Counted from the first letter of the stretch, positions 39,635 to 51,774 are shown. The stretch is 64,000 bases of DNA from an uncultured Acidobacteriota bacterium (GCA_963843575.1 CAWJKZ010000014.1:736001-800000); one strand, 5' to 3'. Notes: generated from the letters alone by a model not told the origin. Program-made: numbers and translations.

Positions 39635-41806
39635 TCAGCCGACGAGGGCCAGCCCGTAGTGGTCGGCCCAGACGCGGCGGATCGCCGCGGCGGCCTGTCT
39701 CGCATCCTCGTCCGGCCGTGCCTGGAGTTTCTCCAGAAAGCGGTCTGCCTCGGTCCGGGCTATTTCCAGCGCCTTGCGGTCGCGGATGAGGTTGGCATAC
39801 TTAAAGGCCGGGATGCCGGACTGCCGGGTGCCGGCCACCTCGCCCGGCCCACGCAGCTCCAGATCCACCTCGGCGATGCGAAATCCGTCGTTGGTCTCGC
39901 ACATGAGCTCCAGCCTGCGGCGCGCCTCCTCGCTCCCCTGGACGTCTCCGACCAGGATGCACTCGGATTGGGCGGCGCCGCGCCCCACGCGGCCGCGCAG
40001 CTGGTGCAACTGGGCGAGGCCGAAACGTTCGGCGTGCTCGATGACCATGAGAGAGGCGTTGGCGACGTCCACGCCGACCTCGATCACGGTCGTGGCCACG
40101 AGGATCTGGATATCCCCGGCAGCGAAGCGGGTCATGACCGCATCCTTGTCGGCACTCTTCATCTTTCCGTGCAGGAGCCCGACGCTGAACTGCGGGAACA
40201 CGCGTTCCCGGAGGTGCTCCGCCATTTCCGTCGCGGCGCGCAGGTCGCTCTTCCGGGATTCCTCGACGAGGGGATAAACGACGTACACCTGCTGGCCGGC
40301 GGCGACCACGCGCCGCACGGCGTCATAGGCTCCGGCCCGCTCCTTCTCCTTGAACCAGCGGGTGAGCACCGGCTTTCGTCCCGGCGGAAGCTCGTCGATC
40401 ACCGACACATCGAGATCGCCATACAGGGTCAGGGCCAGCGAGCGCGGTATTGGGGTGGCGGTCATGACGAGGACGTCCGGGTGCAGCGACTTCTCTCGGA
40501 GCACGTTGCGCTGCGCGACGCCGAAGCGGTGCTGCTCGTCGATGACGGCCAGCGCGAGGTTGTCGAACTCGACCCCTTCCTGTATCAGGGCGTGGGTGCC
40601 GATCGCAACCCGTGTGTCGCCGGCGCGAATGGCGGAGAGGGTTTCCCTCTTCTGTTTCGCGGTGAGGCTCCCCTTCACGAGGCCCAAGCCGTAGCCAAGT
40701 GGCGCCAGCAATCGCCTGAAGTTGAAATGGTGCTGCTCGGCGAGGATCTCGGTCGGGGCCATGATCGCGACCTGGTAACCATTCTCGACCGCGATGATGG
40801 CGGCCTGCGCCGCCACGATGGTCTTGCCGGATCCGACGTCGCCCTGCAGCAACCGGCTCATGGGGCGCGGGGAGCGCATGTCCTGTGCAATCTCGCCCAG
40901 CACGCGCTTCTGGGCGGATGTCGGATGAAAAGGGAGTACCTTCTTGATCGCCTCTCTCACCCGGTCGTCGAGGCTGACGGTTCGGGCCTTGGTTACCCGG
41001 ACCCGGCTCTCCCGTATCATGCGGATGCCGACCTGGAACTGAAACAGCTCCTCGAAAACGAGGCGCCTGTGCGCCGGGCCATGGCCGCTGTTGAGCTGCT
41101 CCATCTCCCTGGCGCGCTCGGATGCGTTCGCGCTGCGGAGCACCGGGAAGTGAAGCTGCTGCAGGGCGGCCGCCCTGGGCAGGAGACGATACTGCTTCTC
41201 CAGGTGTGCGGGCAGCGCTCCTTGGACGACGGGGGGCAGGTCCGCAACCGCCGCGTGCATGATCTGCCGCAGCGCCCGGGTGCGCAGGTCTCCGATTCTG
41301 CGATAGATGGGGACCACCCGTCCCGAATGGCAGGAGGGGCCGGACTCGTCTCCGACCGCTTCGCACTCCGGGTTGACCAGCACCAGCGGGCGGCGGCCGT
41401 ATTCGTCTCGCTTGACCTGCCCGAAGATGATAAGCATCTGACCCTGGGAAAGGCTCTGCCTGAGATAGGGCTGGTTGAAGAATTTCAGCGTGATCGCCGC
41501 GCTCTCGTCTTTGACGAGCACCTCGACGACGGACACGCGGCGCGACCGGCCTTCGAAACCCCCGACGCTGCAGACGCGCCCGCGCGTGAGCACCCACTCG
41601 CCCTCGAAGAGCGATTTGATGGGCCGGAACTCGGTCCGGTCCTCGTAGCGGAATGGAGGGTACCCTACCAGGTCGCCGATCGTGCGGATACCGTGTGAAG
41701 CCAGGAGCTCGGCCCGTCGCGGCCCGATCCCCTTCACATACTGCACGGGCGTGTCGAACCGGACAGCCCGGCGGCCGGTCCCGGAGTCCACGACGGCACG
41801 AACCAT
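39635..41806 (-). CDS. recG: ATP-dependent DNA helicase RecG
   Basis: QGDVGSGKT, DEQHRFG, MTATPIPR, QLRGRVGRG. Confidence 0.97.
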   Translation of the reverse strand: MVRAVVDSGTGRRAVRFDTPVQYVKGIGPRRAELLASHGIRTIGDLVGYPPFRYEDRTEFRPIKSLFEGEWVLTRGRVCSVGGFEGRSRRVSVVEVLVKDESAAITLKFFNQPYLRQSLSQGQMLIIFGQVKRDEYGRRPLVLVNPECEAVGDESGPSCHSGRVVPIYRRIGDLRTRALRQIMHAAVADLPPVVQGALPAHLEKQYRLLPRAAALQQLHFPVLRSANASERAREMEQLNSGHGPAHRRLVFEELFQFQVGIRMIRESRVRVTKARTVSLDDRVREAIKKVLPFHPTSAQKRVLGEIAQDMRSPRPMSRLLQGDVGSGKTIVAAQAAIIAVENGYQVAIMAPTEILAEQHHFNFRRLLAPLGYGLGLVKGSLTAKQKRETLSAIRAGDTRVAIGTHALIQEGVEFDNLALAVIDEQHRFGVAQRNVLREKSLHPDVLVMTATPIPRSLALTLYGDLDVSVIDELPPGRKPVLTRWFKEKERAGAYDAVRRVVAAGQQVYVVYPLVEESRKSDLRAATEMAEHLRERVFPQFSVGLLHGKMKSADKDAVMTRFAAGDIQILVATTVIEVGVDVANASLMVIEHAERFGLAQLHQLRGRVGRGAAQSECILVGDVQGSEEARRRLELMCETNDGFRIAEVDLELRGPGEVAGTRQSGIPAFKYANLIRDRKALEIARTEADRFLEKLQARPDEDARQAAAAIRRVWADHYGLALVG

Positions 41807-41904
41807 GGCAACATTATATCCGCGTGAAATCCCGGCCCGCCCACTATTTCGCCGGGAGTGTCGCGCCGGATGACTGGCTCCCCGTTTCCTGCTATAAAAG
41901 AACG

Positions 41905-42501
41905 GTGCTGAGACTCTCCCATTCCGGGCGGATCGTCTGTCTGCTGCTGGTCGCGTTTCTGGCCGCCGGCTGTGGCGGCCGGACCATCGGGAAGAAGTCG
42001 GCCCGCAACGTGATCGCGGACATTTCCCCGAGCGAACTCGACCCTGAGGACGTGGAGGTCGAGTCCGTGGGCCGGACCGGGTCGAGCAATGCCGTGATCG
42101 AAGCCCGGGTCCGGGTGGCGTTCCGAGTGGAAAACGAACGGGGCCGCTGGGTCGTGCGGGAATTGCGCATTGGGCGGCATCAGTGGGAAAAACTCGAAAG
42201 GGTCCTCGAGGCGCTCGAGCGCGTGAAGGTCGAAGAGACCCGCAGAACGCTCGAGAGGCTGTCGTCGGCCATCGAGGAGTACTTCCGGAAGAACGGCTCG
42301 ATCCCCGCTTTCAAGGACTTCGTGGCGCTCTCCGACGCGCTCTACCCGAATTACCTCGCAGACATCATCCGGCTGGACGCATGGAACCGGCCTCTGTTGG
42401 CCGAACGACTCGATGGCAGCACCATCCGGCTCAGCTCGGCCGGGCCGGACGGCCAACCTCGCACCGGCGACGACATCGAGCTGATCCGCAGTTACCCGTA
42501 A
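41905..42501 (+). CDS. lipoprotein with T2SS protein G-like C-terminal domain
   Basis: LAAGC lipobox; DAWNRP..SAGPDG..TGDDI. Confidence 0.65.
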   Translation: MLRLSHSGRIVCLLLVAFLAAGCGGRTIGKKSARNVIADISPSELDPEDVEVESVGRTGSSNAVIEARVRVAFRVENERGRWVVRELRIGRHQWEKLERVLEALERVKVEETRRTLERLSSAIEEYFRKNGSIPAFKDFVALSDALYPNYLADIIRLDAWNRPLLAERLDGSTIRLSSAGPDGQPRTGDDIELIRSYP

Positions 42502-42559
42502 CACAGGCAAAGGGGGGGCGCGTCGCGCGGTGGTTTCTGCTGCCGTTGATCCCGGCCCG

Positions 42560-43150
42560 CTACAGATTTGACAGCAGGTGGCCGAGCTTCTCTTTTTTTA
42601 TGCGCAGGTAGTCGCGTGTGGTGGACTGCGGGGGGATCTCCAGGGGCACGCGTTCCGCCTCGATGCCCTCGTTGACGAGCCCCATCACCTTGTCGGGGTT
42701 GTTCGACAGCAGCCGTACCCGGACGGCGCCGAGGTAGCGCAGAATGGCGGCGGGGAACCGGTAATCGCGCAGATCGGCGCCGAAGCCGAGTTCGGTGTTG
42801 GCGGCGACCGTGTCGAGTCCCTGGTCCTGCAGCTCGTAGGCGCGGATCTTGTTGACCAGCCCGATGCCGCGGCCTTCCTTCTGCTGGTAGACGAGGATGC
42901 CTGGAGGGGTGGCTGCGATAAGGCGCATGGCCGCGTCGAGCTGATCGCCGCAGTCGCAGCGGCTCGAGGCGAGCGTGTCGCCGGTCAGGCACTGCGAGTG
43001 GATGCGCACAAGGACGGTGTGGTCCGGGTCGGGATTGCCGGAAACGAGCGCGACCGCCTCCTCGCCGGATTCCGGGTCGCGAAAACCGTAGATTGCGAAT
43101 TCCCCGAAGCGCGTGGGGAGTTTGGCTCGTGGTACGTTGTCGAACTGCAT
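42560..43150 (-). CDS. ribA: GTP cyclohydrolase II
   Basis: VRIHSQCLTGD..S.RCDCG.QL, EGRGIGL, LLSNNPDK. Confidence 0.95.
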   Translation of the reverse strand: MQFDNVPRAKLPTRFGEFAIYGFRDPESGEEAVALVSGNPDPDHTVLVRIHSQCLTGDTLASSRCDCGDQLDAAMRLIAATPPGILVYQQKEGRGIGLVNKIRAYELQDQGLDTVAANTELGFGADLRDYRFPAAILRYLGAVRVRLLSNNPDKVMGLVNEGIEAERVPLEIPPQSTTRDYLRIKKEKLGHLLSNL

Positions 43151-43162
43151 GGCGGGGCAGGA

Positions 43163-43633
43163 CTACTCGGCCTCAGCCTTTTCCTTGCCCTTTCCCTTCT
43201 CCTCTTTGGCCGCCTCGGCAGCTTCCTTCTTCCCCTTTCCCTTTTTCCCCTTCTCGCCACCCTTGCTCGGTTTGAACTCGCTGCCGAGCATCTCGAGGAT
43301 GGCCATCTGTGCGCCGTCGCCGTCCCGGAAGCCGACCTTGATGATGCGGGTGTAGCCTCCATTACGCTGTGAGAAGCGAGGGGCGATAGTCTCGAAGAGC
43401 TTCGCGACGACGCCAGGGTCCTTGATGAAGGCAAGCGCCTGACGGCGGGCGTGGAGGGATTCACGCTTGCCGAGGGTGATCATTTTCTCGGCGATGGGGC
43501 GCAGCTCTTTCGCCCGGGGCAGAGTGGTCCGGATCCGTTCCTTGTCCAGGAGAGAGGTCACCTGGTTCCGGAACATGGAAATGCGGTGCGGGGTCTTGCG
43601 TCCCAGTTTCCTGCCAGCCTGTCGATGTCTCAT
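43163..43633 (-). CDS. rplQ: 50S ribosomal protein L17
   Basis: [18 protein letters not shown]. Confidence 0.97.
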   Translation of the reverse strand: MRHRQAGRKLGRKTPHRISMFRNQVTSLLDKERIRTTLPRAKELRPIAEKMITLGKRESLHARRQALAFIKDPGVVAKLFETIAPRFSQRNGGYTRIIKVGFRDGDGAQMAILEMLGSEFKPSKGGEKGKKGKGKKEAAEAAKEEKGKGKEKAEAE

Positions 43634-43672
43634 GAATCCATTCTCCGATCTCTGGTTCGGGGCCCTGCGGGG

Positions 43673-44662
43673 CTACTCGGGCTTCGGGGCCAGAACCGGC
43701 CTGCCGTCCTCGCCGAGCTTCATTCCGAAAGACAAGCCCATCTCGGCCAGGATTTCCTTGATCTCGTTCAGCGACTTGCGCCCGAAGTTCTTGGTCTTGA
43801 GCATCTCGGCTTCGGTCTTCTGAACCAGTTCGCCTATGGTCTTGATGTCCGCGTTCTTGAGGCAGTTATAGGACCGGACCGAAAGTTCCAGCTCCTCGAC
43901 CGAGCGCTTCAGATTGTCGTAGATCCGCTCGGCTTCGCGGTCGACCTCTTCCTCTTCCTCCTCGGGCTTCTCCTCGAAGTTGATGAAGATGAACATGTGG
44001 TCTTTTACGATCTTCGCCGCCTGCGCGATGGCGTCCTGCGGGAGGATGCAGCCGTTGGTCCACACGTCGAGCACGAGCTTGTCGTAGTCGGTGGTCTGTC
44101 CGAGCCGGGCCGCTTCGACCGCGTAATTGACGCGCTTGATCGGCGAGTGGACGCTGTCGAGCGGGATGTAGCCGATGGGGAGGTCTTCCTCGAAATTCTC
44201 GTCGGCCTGGATGTAGCCCCGTCCGTTTTTCACCCGCATCTCGATCTTCAGTCGTCCCCCTTCCCCGATGGTGGCGATGTGGACGTTGGGGTCGAGGATT
44301 TCGAGGTCGGGGTCGGAGGTGATGTTACCCGATTTGAGCTCCCCGGCCTGATCGGACTCGAGATAGATGGTCTTGGCATGGTCCACGTGGAGTTTGAAGG
44401 GGACCTGCTTCAGGTTCATGATGATGTTGGTCGCGTCTTCCGTGACGTTCGGGATGGGGGTGAACTCGTGCAGCACGCCCTCGATCTTGACGGCCGTGAC
44501 GGCGGCCCCTTCGATCGACGACAGGAGGACCCGGCGCAGGGCGTTGCCGATGGTGGTGCCGAAACCGCGCTCGAACGGCTGCGCGTAGAAGTGGCCATAC
44601 CTGGGACTGAGCGTTTCCAGATCGCAGATCAGTCGTTTCGGTTTTTGGAAACCCTTCGTCAT
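43673..44662 (-). CDS. rpoA: RNA polymerase subunit alpha
   Basis: [40 protein letters not shown]. Confidence 0.97.
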   Translation of the reverse strand: MTKGFQKPKRLICDLETLSPRYGHFYAQPFERGFGTTIGNALRRVLLSSIEGAAVTAVKIEGVLHEFTPIPNVTEDATNIIMNLKQVPFKLHVDHAKTIYLESDQAGELKSGNITSDPDLEILDPNVHIATIGEGGRLKIEMRVKNGRGYIQADENFEEDLPIGYIPLDSVHSPIKRVNYAVEAARLGQTTDYDKLVLDVWTNGCILPQDAIAQAAKIVKDHMFIFINFEEKPEEEEEEVDREAERIYDNLKRSVEELELSVRSYNCLKNADIKTIGELVQKTEAEMLKTKNFGRKSLNEIKEILAEMGLSFGMKLGEDGRPVLAPKPE

Positions 44663-44813
44663 AATCTCATTTCCTTTCAAGGCCTCGGTGGATCGCCTCT
44701 GAACAGCAGGTTCAGACTCTCACGTCCACGTCCCAGGCGTCGGGGTCGGGATGGATCAAAATCGGCATGTAGTCCGGTGACCGGCACCTGCCGCCTGACA
44801 CTGACACCCGAAC

Positions 44814-45446
44814 TCACTTCGAATAGAGCTCCACGATGAGCTGCTCGTCGATGGGCATTTGCACGTCGTCGCGCTTGGGCAGGCCGACGACCGTGCCCTT
44901 GAAATTGTCGGCGTCGAGCTCCAGCCAGGCCGGCACGCCGCCGCGGCCACTGACGTTGGCGATCGAATCCTGGACTTGTGGGGTCTTGCGCGCGCTCTCC
45001 CGGAGAGTGATGACGTCCCCGGAATCGACCTCGGCGGAGCAGATGTCGACCTTCTTGCCGTTGACCAGCACGTGCCCGTGGGTGACCAGCTGGCGCGCCT
45101 GGTCGCGCGAGGCGGCGAAGCCGAGACGGCAGACGACGTTGTCCAGCCTACGTTCGAGGCTCATCAACAGCATCTCGCCCGTGATTCCTTTTTTCTTGTC
45201 CGCCTTGCTGAAATAGTTCGAGAATTGCTTCTCGAGGACGCGGTAAATCCGCTTGACCTTCTGTTTTTCACGCAGCTGGACACCGTACCCGGCGATTTTC
45301 GGGCGGTGATCGCGCCCGTGCTGGCCGGGCGGATAGTTCCGCTTCTCGATGGCACACGTGTCCTTGAAGCAACGGTCGCCCTTGAGAAAGAGCTTCATGC
45401 CCTCCCGCCGGCACAGCCGACATTTTGCTTCGCGATATCTAGCCAA
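44814..45446 (-). CDS. rpsD: 30S ribosomal protein S4
   Basis: CRLCRREG.KLFLKG, LERRLDN, IVELYSK. Confidence 0.97.
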   Translation of the reverse strand: MARYREAKCRLCRREGMKLFLKGDRCFKDTCAIEKRNYPPGQHGRDHRPKIAGYGVQLREKQKVKRIYRVLEKQFSNYFSKADKKKGITGEMLLMSLERRLDNVVCRLGFAASRDQARQLVTHGHVLVNGKKVDICSAEVDSGDVITLRESARKTPQVQDSIANVSGRGGVPAWLELDADNFKGTVVGLPKRDDVQMPIDEQLIVELYSK

Positions 45447-45554
45447 ATGCGTTCTCCTGTTCCAAACTCGCCAACGGCTGCAGGGGCATTGGCCCGGGTC
45501 CCGCCCTGCGGGAGTCCCATGCCGGGCCCGCTCCCCTCCCGGTGGCTTGAATTC

Positions 45555-45968
45555 CTAAACTCGCCTGCGCTTGGACGGCCGGCACCCGTTGTGGGGAATG
45601 GGGGTGATGTCGGTGATCGACTTCACCTCGATCCCCGCCGCCTGCAGGGCGCGGATGGCGGACTCCCGGCCCGCACCGGGGCCCTTGAGGTGCACCTGGA
45701 CCGAGCGCAACCCATATTCCTTGGCGGTGTTGGCGGCGATGGACGCGGCCTGCTGGGCTGCAAACGGGGTCCCCTTGCGCGAACCCTTGAATCCCACCGC
45801 CCCGGCGCTCGAACTCGAAAGGAGGTTCCCCTCCAGGTCCGTGATGCTGATGATCGTGTTGTTGAAGCTGGCCAGGATGTGCACGATGCCCGAAGGGATG
45901 TTCACCTTTTCGCGCTTTTTCCCCGTCTTCTTCTTGCCCGTCTTCTTGGTCGTCGTCTTCTCTGCCAT
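45555..45968 (-). CDS. rpsK: 30S ribosomal protein S11
   Basis: [26 protein letters not shown]. Confidence 0.97.
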   Translation of the reverse strand: MAEKTTTKKTGKKKTGKKREKVNIPSGIVHILASFNNTIISITDLEGNLLSSSSAGAVGFKGSRKGTPFAAQQAASIAANTAKEYGLRSVQVHLKGPGAGRESAIRALQAAGIEVKSITDITPIPHNGCRPSKRRRV

Positions 45969-46016
45969 TAGTCGCTCCTGACGCGCGGGGGAAGGTCCGG
46001 CCGTCCCCGCGGTCCG

Positions 46017-46379
46017 CTATTTCTTCCCCACGATCCGACGCGGCCCCTTGCGCGTGCGCGCGTTGGTGTGGGTCCGCTGGCCGTGGACCGGCAGGCCCCG
46101 GCGGTGTCGCAGACCGCGATAACTCCCGATCTCCATGAGCCGCTTGATGTCCATCGACACGGCCTTGCGCAAGTCTCCCTCGACCATCCCGTCTCTCTGG
46201 ATGATGTTCCGGATGCGCACGGCTTCCTCTTCCGTGAGGTTCTTCACCTTGGTGGCGAGGTCGATGTTGGCTTCCTGGCAGATCTTGGTGGCCCGGCTCT
46301 TGCCGATGCCGAAAATGTACGTCAGGCCGATCTGCACACGCTTGTTCAGCGGCAGATCCACTCCAGCAATTCTAGCCAA
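46017..46379 (-). CDS. rpsM: 30S ribosomal protein S13
   Basis: [23 protein letters not shown]. Confidence 0.97.
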   Translation of the reverse strand: MARIAGVDLPLNKRVQIGLTYIFGIGKSRATKICQEANIDLATKVKNLTEEEAVRIRNIIQRDGMVEGDLRKAVSMDIKRLMEIGSYRGLRHRRGLPVHGQRTHTNARTRKGPRRIVGKK

Positions 46380-46415
46380 TGTTTACCTCCCTGCACTCAG
46401 TCCGCACGGCTCCGC

Positions 46416-46529
46416 TCATCCCTGGCGCTGCTTGTGCTTCGGATTGGTGCAACGGATATGGATGACCCCCTTGCGGCGAATCACCTTGCACTTGTTGCAG
46501 ATCTTCTTGACGGATGCCCGCACCTTCAT
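46416..46529 (-). CDS. rpmJ: 50S ribosomal protein L36 (zinc-binding type)
   Basis: Manual translation [37 protein letters not shown]. Confidence 0.96.
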   Translation of the reverse strand: MKVRASVKKICNKCKVIRRKGVIHIRCTNPKHKQRQG

Positions 46530-46549
46530 GTTGTTTGCTCCATACGGCG

Positions 46550-46768
46550 CTATTTGTACCGGTACACGATCCGGCCACGGGAGAGATCGTACGGCGACAA
46601 CTCGACGAGGATCTTGTCGCCCGGGAGTATGCGGATGAAATTCTTCCGCATCTTCCCGGAGATGTGGGCCAAGACCATGTGCTTGTTTTCGAGTTCGACC
46701 CGGAACATGGCGTTCGGCAGGGTCTCGATCACGGTACCGACAACTTCTATCGCGTCCTCTTTTGGCAT
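46550..46768 (-). CDS. infA: translation initiation factor IF-1
   Basis: [22 protein letters not shown]. Confidence 0.97.
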   Translation of the reverse strand: MPKEDAIEVVGTVIETLPNAMFRVELENKHMVLAHISGKMRKNFIRILPGDKILVELSPYDLSRGRIVYRYK

Positions 46769-46823
46769 ATGTGATTCCGGACCGTCTGCTACCGCGTCGC
46801 GCCGCGGTTCTGCTGCCTGGCCT

Positions 46824-47467
46824 TCACGACCTCGATAATGGCCCGCTGGATTTCATCGACCGCCCCGTCCCCGTCGACTTCGACGTAGCCAGCCGCGGGC
46901 GCTGTAAAACTCGACCAGGGGCTCGGTCTCCCTGTGGTAGACCTGAAGCCGTTCCCGGATGACTTCGACGGTGTCGTCCTTGCGCTGCACCAGCGCGGCC
47001 CCGCACTCGTCGCAACGGTCTCCCGTCCGGCTCGGGCTCGATTCGACGTGAAACATCTTGTTGCACGAGGGACAGGTCAGTCTCCCGGACAACCGCGCGA
47101 CCAGCGCCTCGTCGTCCACCTGGATCCCCACGGCCAGCGGCCGCGTCCCTTCCGCGGCGAACAGCCCGTCCAGGAACTCCGCCTGGGGCACCGTCCGGGG
47201 ATAGCCGTCCAGCACGAATCCCTCGGCACAATCCGCGCGCTTGAGCCGCTCCCTGACGATCGCGTCGACGAGCGCGTCGGGGACGAGGCTGCCGGATTCC
47301 ATGTATCCCTGCGCCCGCTTGCCGAGTTCTGTCCGGTCGCGCAGGGCTTCCCGGAGTATGTCGCCCGTCGAGATCCGCGGATAGCCAAGGGCGGCACCGA
47401 GCATGCGTCCTTGCGTGCCCTTGCCGGCGCCCGGAGGGCCTAAAAGTATAACAGCTTGTGCCGACAT
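46824..47467 (-). CDS. adk: adenylate kinase (frameshift near the C-terminus)
   Basis: [24 protein letters not shown], zinc LID CPSC..CDEC. Confidence 0.93.
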
Positions 47468-47495
47468 TATACAAACTCTCCTGCCCGCGGCCGGA

Positions 47496-48912
47496 TCATC
47501 CCCTTCTGCCGCGAATTCGGCCCTTCTTCAGAAAGCCGTCGTAGTGGCGCATGATCAGCTGCGATTCGATCTGCTGCACGGTGTCCATCGCGACGCCGAC
47601 GACGATCAGAAGCGAGGTGCCGCCGAAATAAAACGTCACGCCGAGCCCGGTGGTGACGAAAGCCATGTTGATCGAGTTGAGAAAATCGTCGAGTGCCGGC
47701 CCGATGAAGGGGATCGGCTGCACCTTGAATCCCGTCATCAGGAACTCGGGGAGCAGGCACACCAGGACGAGGTAGACGGCGCCGGCCGCAGTCAACCGGC
47801 TCAGGATGCGATCGATGAACTCGGCGGTCCGCTTGCCTGGGCGGATGCCGGGGATGTAGCCGCCGTACTTCCGGATGTTGTCTGCGACCTCCATGGGGTT
47901 GAAGATGATGCTCACGTAGAAGAACGCGAAGAACATGATCCCGGCGACATACAGGAGGTTGTAGAGCGGCATGCCCTGGGCCAGCTGGGTCGAGAGGCTG
48001 TGCATGAACGTGTTCGGGAACACGACTCCCAGGGTCGATGGGATGGAGACGATCGACGCCGCGAAGATGACCGGGATCACGCCGCCCGAGTTCACGCGCA
48101 GCGGCAGGTGGGTCGCCTGGCCGCCGTAGACGCGCCGGCCCACGACGCGTTTGGCGTACTGGACCGGAATCTTGCGCTGACCGCGCTCGACAAAGACGAC
48201 GAAGGCGACCGTGATGATCATCGCGATCAGCAGGATCAGGACCGTGAAAATCGACCACGTCCGCTGTTGCAGGTTGACCCAGATTTCGCCGATCGCGTGC
48301 GGCAGTCCCACGACGATGCCGGCGAAGATGATCAGCGAGATGCCGTTGCCGATCCCCCGCTCGGTGATCTGCTCGCCGACCCACATGATGAACGCGGTCC
48401 CGGTCGTCAGCGTGATCATCACCATGAACCGGAAATGCCAGCCCGGCCACCTCGACGATCTGGGGTCCGGTGCCGCTGCCGGAGCGCTCCAGCGCGACGG
48501 CCGTCATGAATCCCTGGAACAGGGTGAGGACGACGGTGAGGTAGCGGGTGTACTGCGTGATCTTCCGTCGGCCGAGTTCGCCTTCCTTGGACAGCTTCTC
48601 CAGGTAGGGGACGACTACCGTGGCCAGCTGCAGGATGATCGATGCCGTGATGTACGGCATGATCCCGAGGGCGAAGATGCTGAAGCGCCGCAGGTTGCCG
48701 CCGGAGAAGATGTCGAGGAAGCCGAAGATCGTCCCGGCCTGGGCCTGGAACAGCTGCTCGAGGGCGGTGTGGTTGATGCCGGGGGTCGGGATGAAGGCCC
48801 CCACCCGGTAGACGGCCAGCAGCCCCAGCATGAACAGTACCCGCTTGCGCAGGTCCGGTATGCTGAAGATGTTGACTATCGAGTTGAATATCGGACTTCG
48901 TTCTTCTGGCAT
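47496..48912 (-). CDS. secY: preprotein translocase SecY (frameshift near 48435)
   Basis: [16 protein letters not shown] in one frame; [11 protein letters not shown] and [12 protein letters not shown] in the next. Confidence 0.95.
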
Positions 48913-48940
48913 TGCTTTTCAACCATCCGGCTACGCCGAA

Positions 48941-49399
48941 TCAAAGCTGCTGACTGATGACCTCAACGCTGCCGCCGGCCTTGGCGATCTTCTCGGCGGC
49001 GCTCTTGCTGAACCGGTGCGCCCGGACCTTGAGCGGGTGCTGCAGTTCGCCGACGCCGAGCACCTTCAGACCGTCGCGCAGGTTCTTCACGATCCCCTTT
49101 TCCTTGAGGATCTCCGGGCCGACCTCGGCACCCGCCTCGAAGACCGCCAGATCCGTCAGGTTCACCACCGCGTACTCTTTCCGGAATATGTTGGTGAACC
49201 CGCGCTTGGGCAGGCGCCGGTACAAAGGCATCTGGCCGCCTTCGAACCCGGGCCTGGTCCGGGTGCCGGAGCGGGACAGCTGGCCCTTGTAGCCCCGCGT
49301 CGCGGTCTTGCCGTGTCCGCTGCCGATGCCGCGCCCGACTCGCTTGACCTTCTTGTTCGCGCCCCTGGCCGGCTTCAGGGAGTTCAGTTCTAGCGCCAT
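48941..49399 (-). CDS. rplO: 50S ribosomal protein L15
   Basis: [22 protein letters not shown]. Confidence 0.97.
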   Translation of the reverse strand: MALELNSLKPARGANKKVKRVGRGIGSGHGKTATRGYKGQLSRSGTRTRPGFEGGQMPLYRRLPKRGFTNIFRKEYAVVNLTDLAVFEAGAEVGPEILKEKGIVKNLRDGLKVLGVGELQHPLKVRAHRFSKSAAEKIAKAGGSVEVISQQL

Positions 49400-49408
49400 G
49401 TCAACCGC

Positions 49409-49624
49409 CTATTTGGAGTCCAGGATCTTCACCAGGTGGGGCACCTGCGCCACCATGCCGCGGACCGCGGGCGAATCCTCCCGGGTGACGATCTGATTGA
49501 GCCTCTTGAAGCCGAGGCTTTTGACGACGAGCCTGTGTTTGCCGGGGGTTCCGATCGCGCTGCGGTAGTACTGGATCCGGAGGGTCGGGCCCGGGGTTGC
49601 TTCTGGTGTGCTGTTGGCTGCCAT
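49409..49624 (-). CDS. rpmD: 50S ribosomal protein L30
   Basis: [17 protein letters not shown]; position in spc operon. Confidence 0.92.
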   Translation of the reverse strand: MAANSTPEATPGPTLRIQYYRSAIGTPGKHRLVVKSLGFKRLNQIVTREDSPAVRGMVAQVPHLVKILDSK

Positions 49625-49627
49625 ACC

Positions 49628-50119
49628 TTATAGTTCCTCGACCTGCTTGCCGCGGATCTTCGCCACCTGCTCGGGCTCCTTGAGCCGCAGAAGGCCGTCG
49701 AAAGTGGCTTTCACCACGTTGTGTGGGTTGGTGCTTCCGAGGGACTTCGTCAGGATATTCGAGATGCCGGCCGACTGGACGACGGCGCGGACGGGGCCGC
49801 CGGCGATAACGCCGGTGCCTTCCGAGGCCGGCTTGAGCATCACGCGGCCGGCGCCATACCGGCCGACGATCGCGTGGGGTATCGTGCGCCCCTTGAGCGG
49901 GACCCGGATCAGGTTCTTGCGCGCCTGTTCGATCCCCTTTCGGATGGCCTGGGGGACTTCCTTCGCCTTGCCCATGCCGTAACCGACACGTCCGTTCTGG
50001 TCGCCGACGACGACGAGTGCGCTGAAGCTCAGGTTCTTGCCGCCTTTGACGACCTTGGTTACCCGGTTGATCGAAACGACCTGGTCTTTGAACTCTTGAT
50101 TCGGATCGACTCTGTCCAA
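49628..50119 (-). CDS. rpsE: 30S ribosomal protein S5
   Basis: [20 protein letters not shown]; TTG start. Confidence 0.96.
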   Translation of the reverse strand: MDRVDPNQEFKDQVVSINRVTKVVKGGKNLSFSALVVVGDQNGRVGYGMGKAKEVPQAIRKGIEQARKNLIRVPLKGRTIPHAIVGRYGAGRVMLKPASEGTGVIAGGPVRAVVQSAGISNILTKSLGSTNPHNVVKATFDGLLRLKEPEQVAKIRGKQVEEL

Positions 50120-50127
50120 GATCCCTC

Positions 50128-50496
50128 CTAAAACTTCAATCCCGATTCGCGGGCAGCGTCGGCGAGCGCCTTGACCCGGCCGTGGTAGATGTACCCGCCC
50201 CGGTCGAACACGACAGCCTCGATGCCGCGGGCACGCGCCCGTTCCGCTATCGCCTTGCCTACGGCCTTGGCGGACTTGATGTTGCCCGCACCCTTCACGT
50301 CGCCGAAGACGTCCTTCTCGCGCGTCGAGGCGGCGACGAGGGTCACACCCTTGCTGTCGTCGACGAGCTGGGCGTACATGTGGTTCAGGCTGCGGAAGAC
50401 GCATAGGCGCGGCCTGTCGGCAGTCCCGGAGATCTTGCGCCGAATGCGTCTGTGAATCCGGCTGCGCTCCTGCGCGCGGTCCAATGCTGTAATCAT
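50128..50496 (-). CDS. rplR: 50S ribosomal protein L18
   Basis: [22 protein letters not shown]. Confidence 0.97.
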   Translation of the reverse strand: MITALDRAQERSRIHRRIRRKISGTADRPRLCVFRSLNHMYAQLVDDSKGVTLVAASTREKDVFGDVKGAGNIKSAKAVGKAIAERARARGIEAVVFDRGGYIYHGRVKALADAARESGLKF

Positions 50497-51056
50497 TACG
50501 CCCCCTTCTTCCCGACTTTCAGGCGGACATATTCGCGTGCGTAGCGGATGCCCTTCCCCTTGTAGGGGTCGGGACGGCGCAGCGCGCGCATGTCGGCAGC
50601 CACCTGGCCCACCAGTTGTTTGTCCGGCCCGGACACGGTGAGCGTCGCCACGTAGTTCTGTATCGTCCGGGGCTGCTTCTCCACCTTGACGCTGATCCCC
50701 TCGGGCAGGGGGAACTCGATCGGGTGGGAGTACCCCAGGGTGAACGTCACGGCGCGGGGTTTGGCATCGACCTTGAAGCCGATCCCGATCACGTCGATCT
50801 CCTTCGAGAAGCCCTCGCTGACGCCCTTGACGCAGTTGGCCGCAAGCGCGCGGGCGAGCCCGTGGTACGCAGGGTACGGCTTTTCGTCGGACTCCCGCAC
50901 GGCGGTGAGTTCGTCCCCCTTCAGCTCAAACCGGATGCCCGGGGGGATGGGGCTGGACAGTTTCGTCTTCTTCCCTTCGAACTCGACGACGCCGTCCCGG
51001 ATCGCCACCTTCACGCCGGCGGGCACCTTGATGATTTTCTTGCCTATTCGCGACAT
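50496..51056 (-). CDS. rplF: 50S ribosomal protein L6
   Basis: [18 protein letters not shown]. Confidence 0.96.
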   Translation of the reverse strand: MSRIGKKIIKVPAGVKVAIRDGVVEFEGKKTKLSSPIPPGIRFELKGDELTAVRESDEKPYPAYHGLARALAANCVKGVSEGFSKEIDVIGIGFKVDAKPRAVTFTLGYSHPIEFPLPEGISVKVEKQPRTIQNYVATLTVSGPDKQLVGQVAADMRALRRPDPYKGKGIRYAREYVRLKVGKKGA

Positions 51057-51088
51057 ATTGCACCTATGAATTCGGAACTGCCAGACCG

Positions 51089-51487
51089 CTAGCTGATGGT
51101 GCAGAGCACCTCTCCGCCGAGACCCTTGTCCTGGGCCTGCTTCCCGGTGAGCAGCCCCTGAGAGGTCGACAGGATGCAGACGCCGATGCCGCCGAGCACC
51201 GACGGGATCTCCGACTTGGCCGCGTAGACGCGGCACCCGGGTCGGCTGACACGGCTGAGCGAGGAGATCACCGGCTGTTTGCCCGCCGTGTACCGGAGCT
51301 GGATGCGGATGGTCCCCTGCTTGCCGTCGGGAGAGAAGACGAAGTTGGAGATGTACCCTTCTTCCTTCAGGATCCGGACGATCTCCAGCTTCATCCTGGA
51401 CGAAGGGACATCCACCGTCTCATGCTTCGCAGCGTTGGCGTTTCGTATCCGGCCCAGGAGGTCGGACACGGGATCGGTCATAGTCAT
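51089..51487 (-). CDS. rpsH: 30S ribosomal protein S8
   Basis: [28 protein letters not shown]. Confidence 0.96.
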   Translation of the reverse strand: MTMTDPVSDLLGRIRNANAAKHETVDVPSSRMKLEIVRILKEEGYISNFVFSPDGKQGTIRIQLRYTAGKQPVISSLSRVSRPGCRVYAAKSEIPSVLGGIGVCILSTSQGLLTGKQAQDKGLGGEVLCTIS

Positions 51488-51567
51488 ACCAGAAACTCCA
51501 TTGTTCGTCGTGCGACGCGCGGCCACGCCCGGGCCACCCCTCGATCGGTGGACCGGCGCCGCGGCGG

Positions 51568-51753
51568 TTACCAGCTCGACTTGGTCACTCCGGGAATCTC
51601 ACCGGCCAGGGCCAGCTGCCGGAAACAGATCCGGCAGAGCTGGAACTTGCGCAGGAAGCCGCGCGGCCGCCCGCAGCGGCGGCAGCGGTTGTGCTGCCGC
51701 ACCTGGAATTTCGGCTTCATCCTGGACTTGGCGATCATACTGGTCTTTGCCAC
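51568..51753 (-). CDS. rpsN: 30S ribosomal protein S14 (zinc-binding type Z)
   Basis: [23 protein letters not shown]. Confidence 0.96.
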   Translation of the reverse strand: MAKTSMIAKSRMKPKFQVRQHNRCRRCGRPRGFLRKFQLCRICFRQLALAGEIPGVTKSSW

Positions 51754-51774
51754 ATCGACTCCTCTGCGGCCGCA

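Noticed and set aside
39068-41698. Long plus-strand ORFs opposite recG, the response regulator, rpoA and ribosomal genes
   Set aside because: Typical antisense shadows in high-GC DNA
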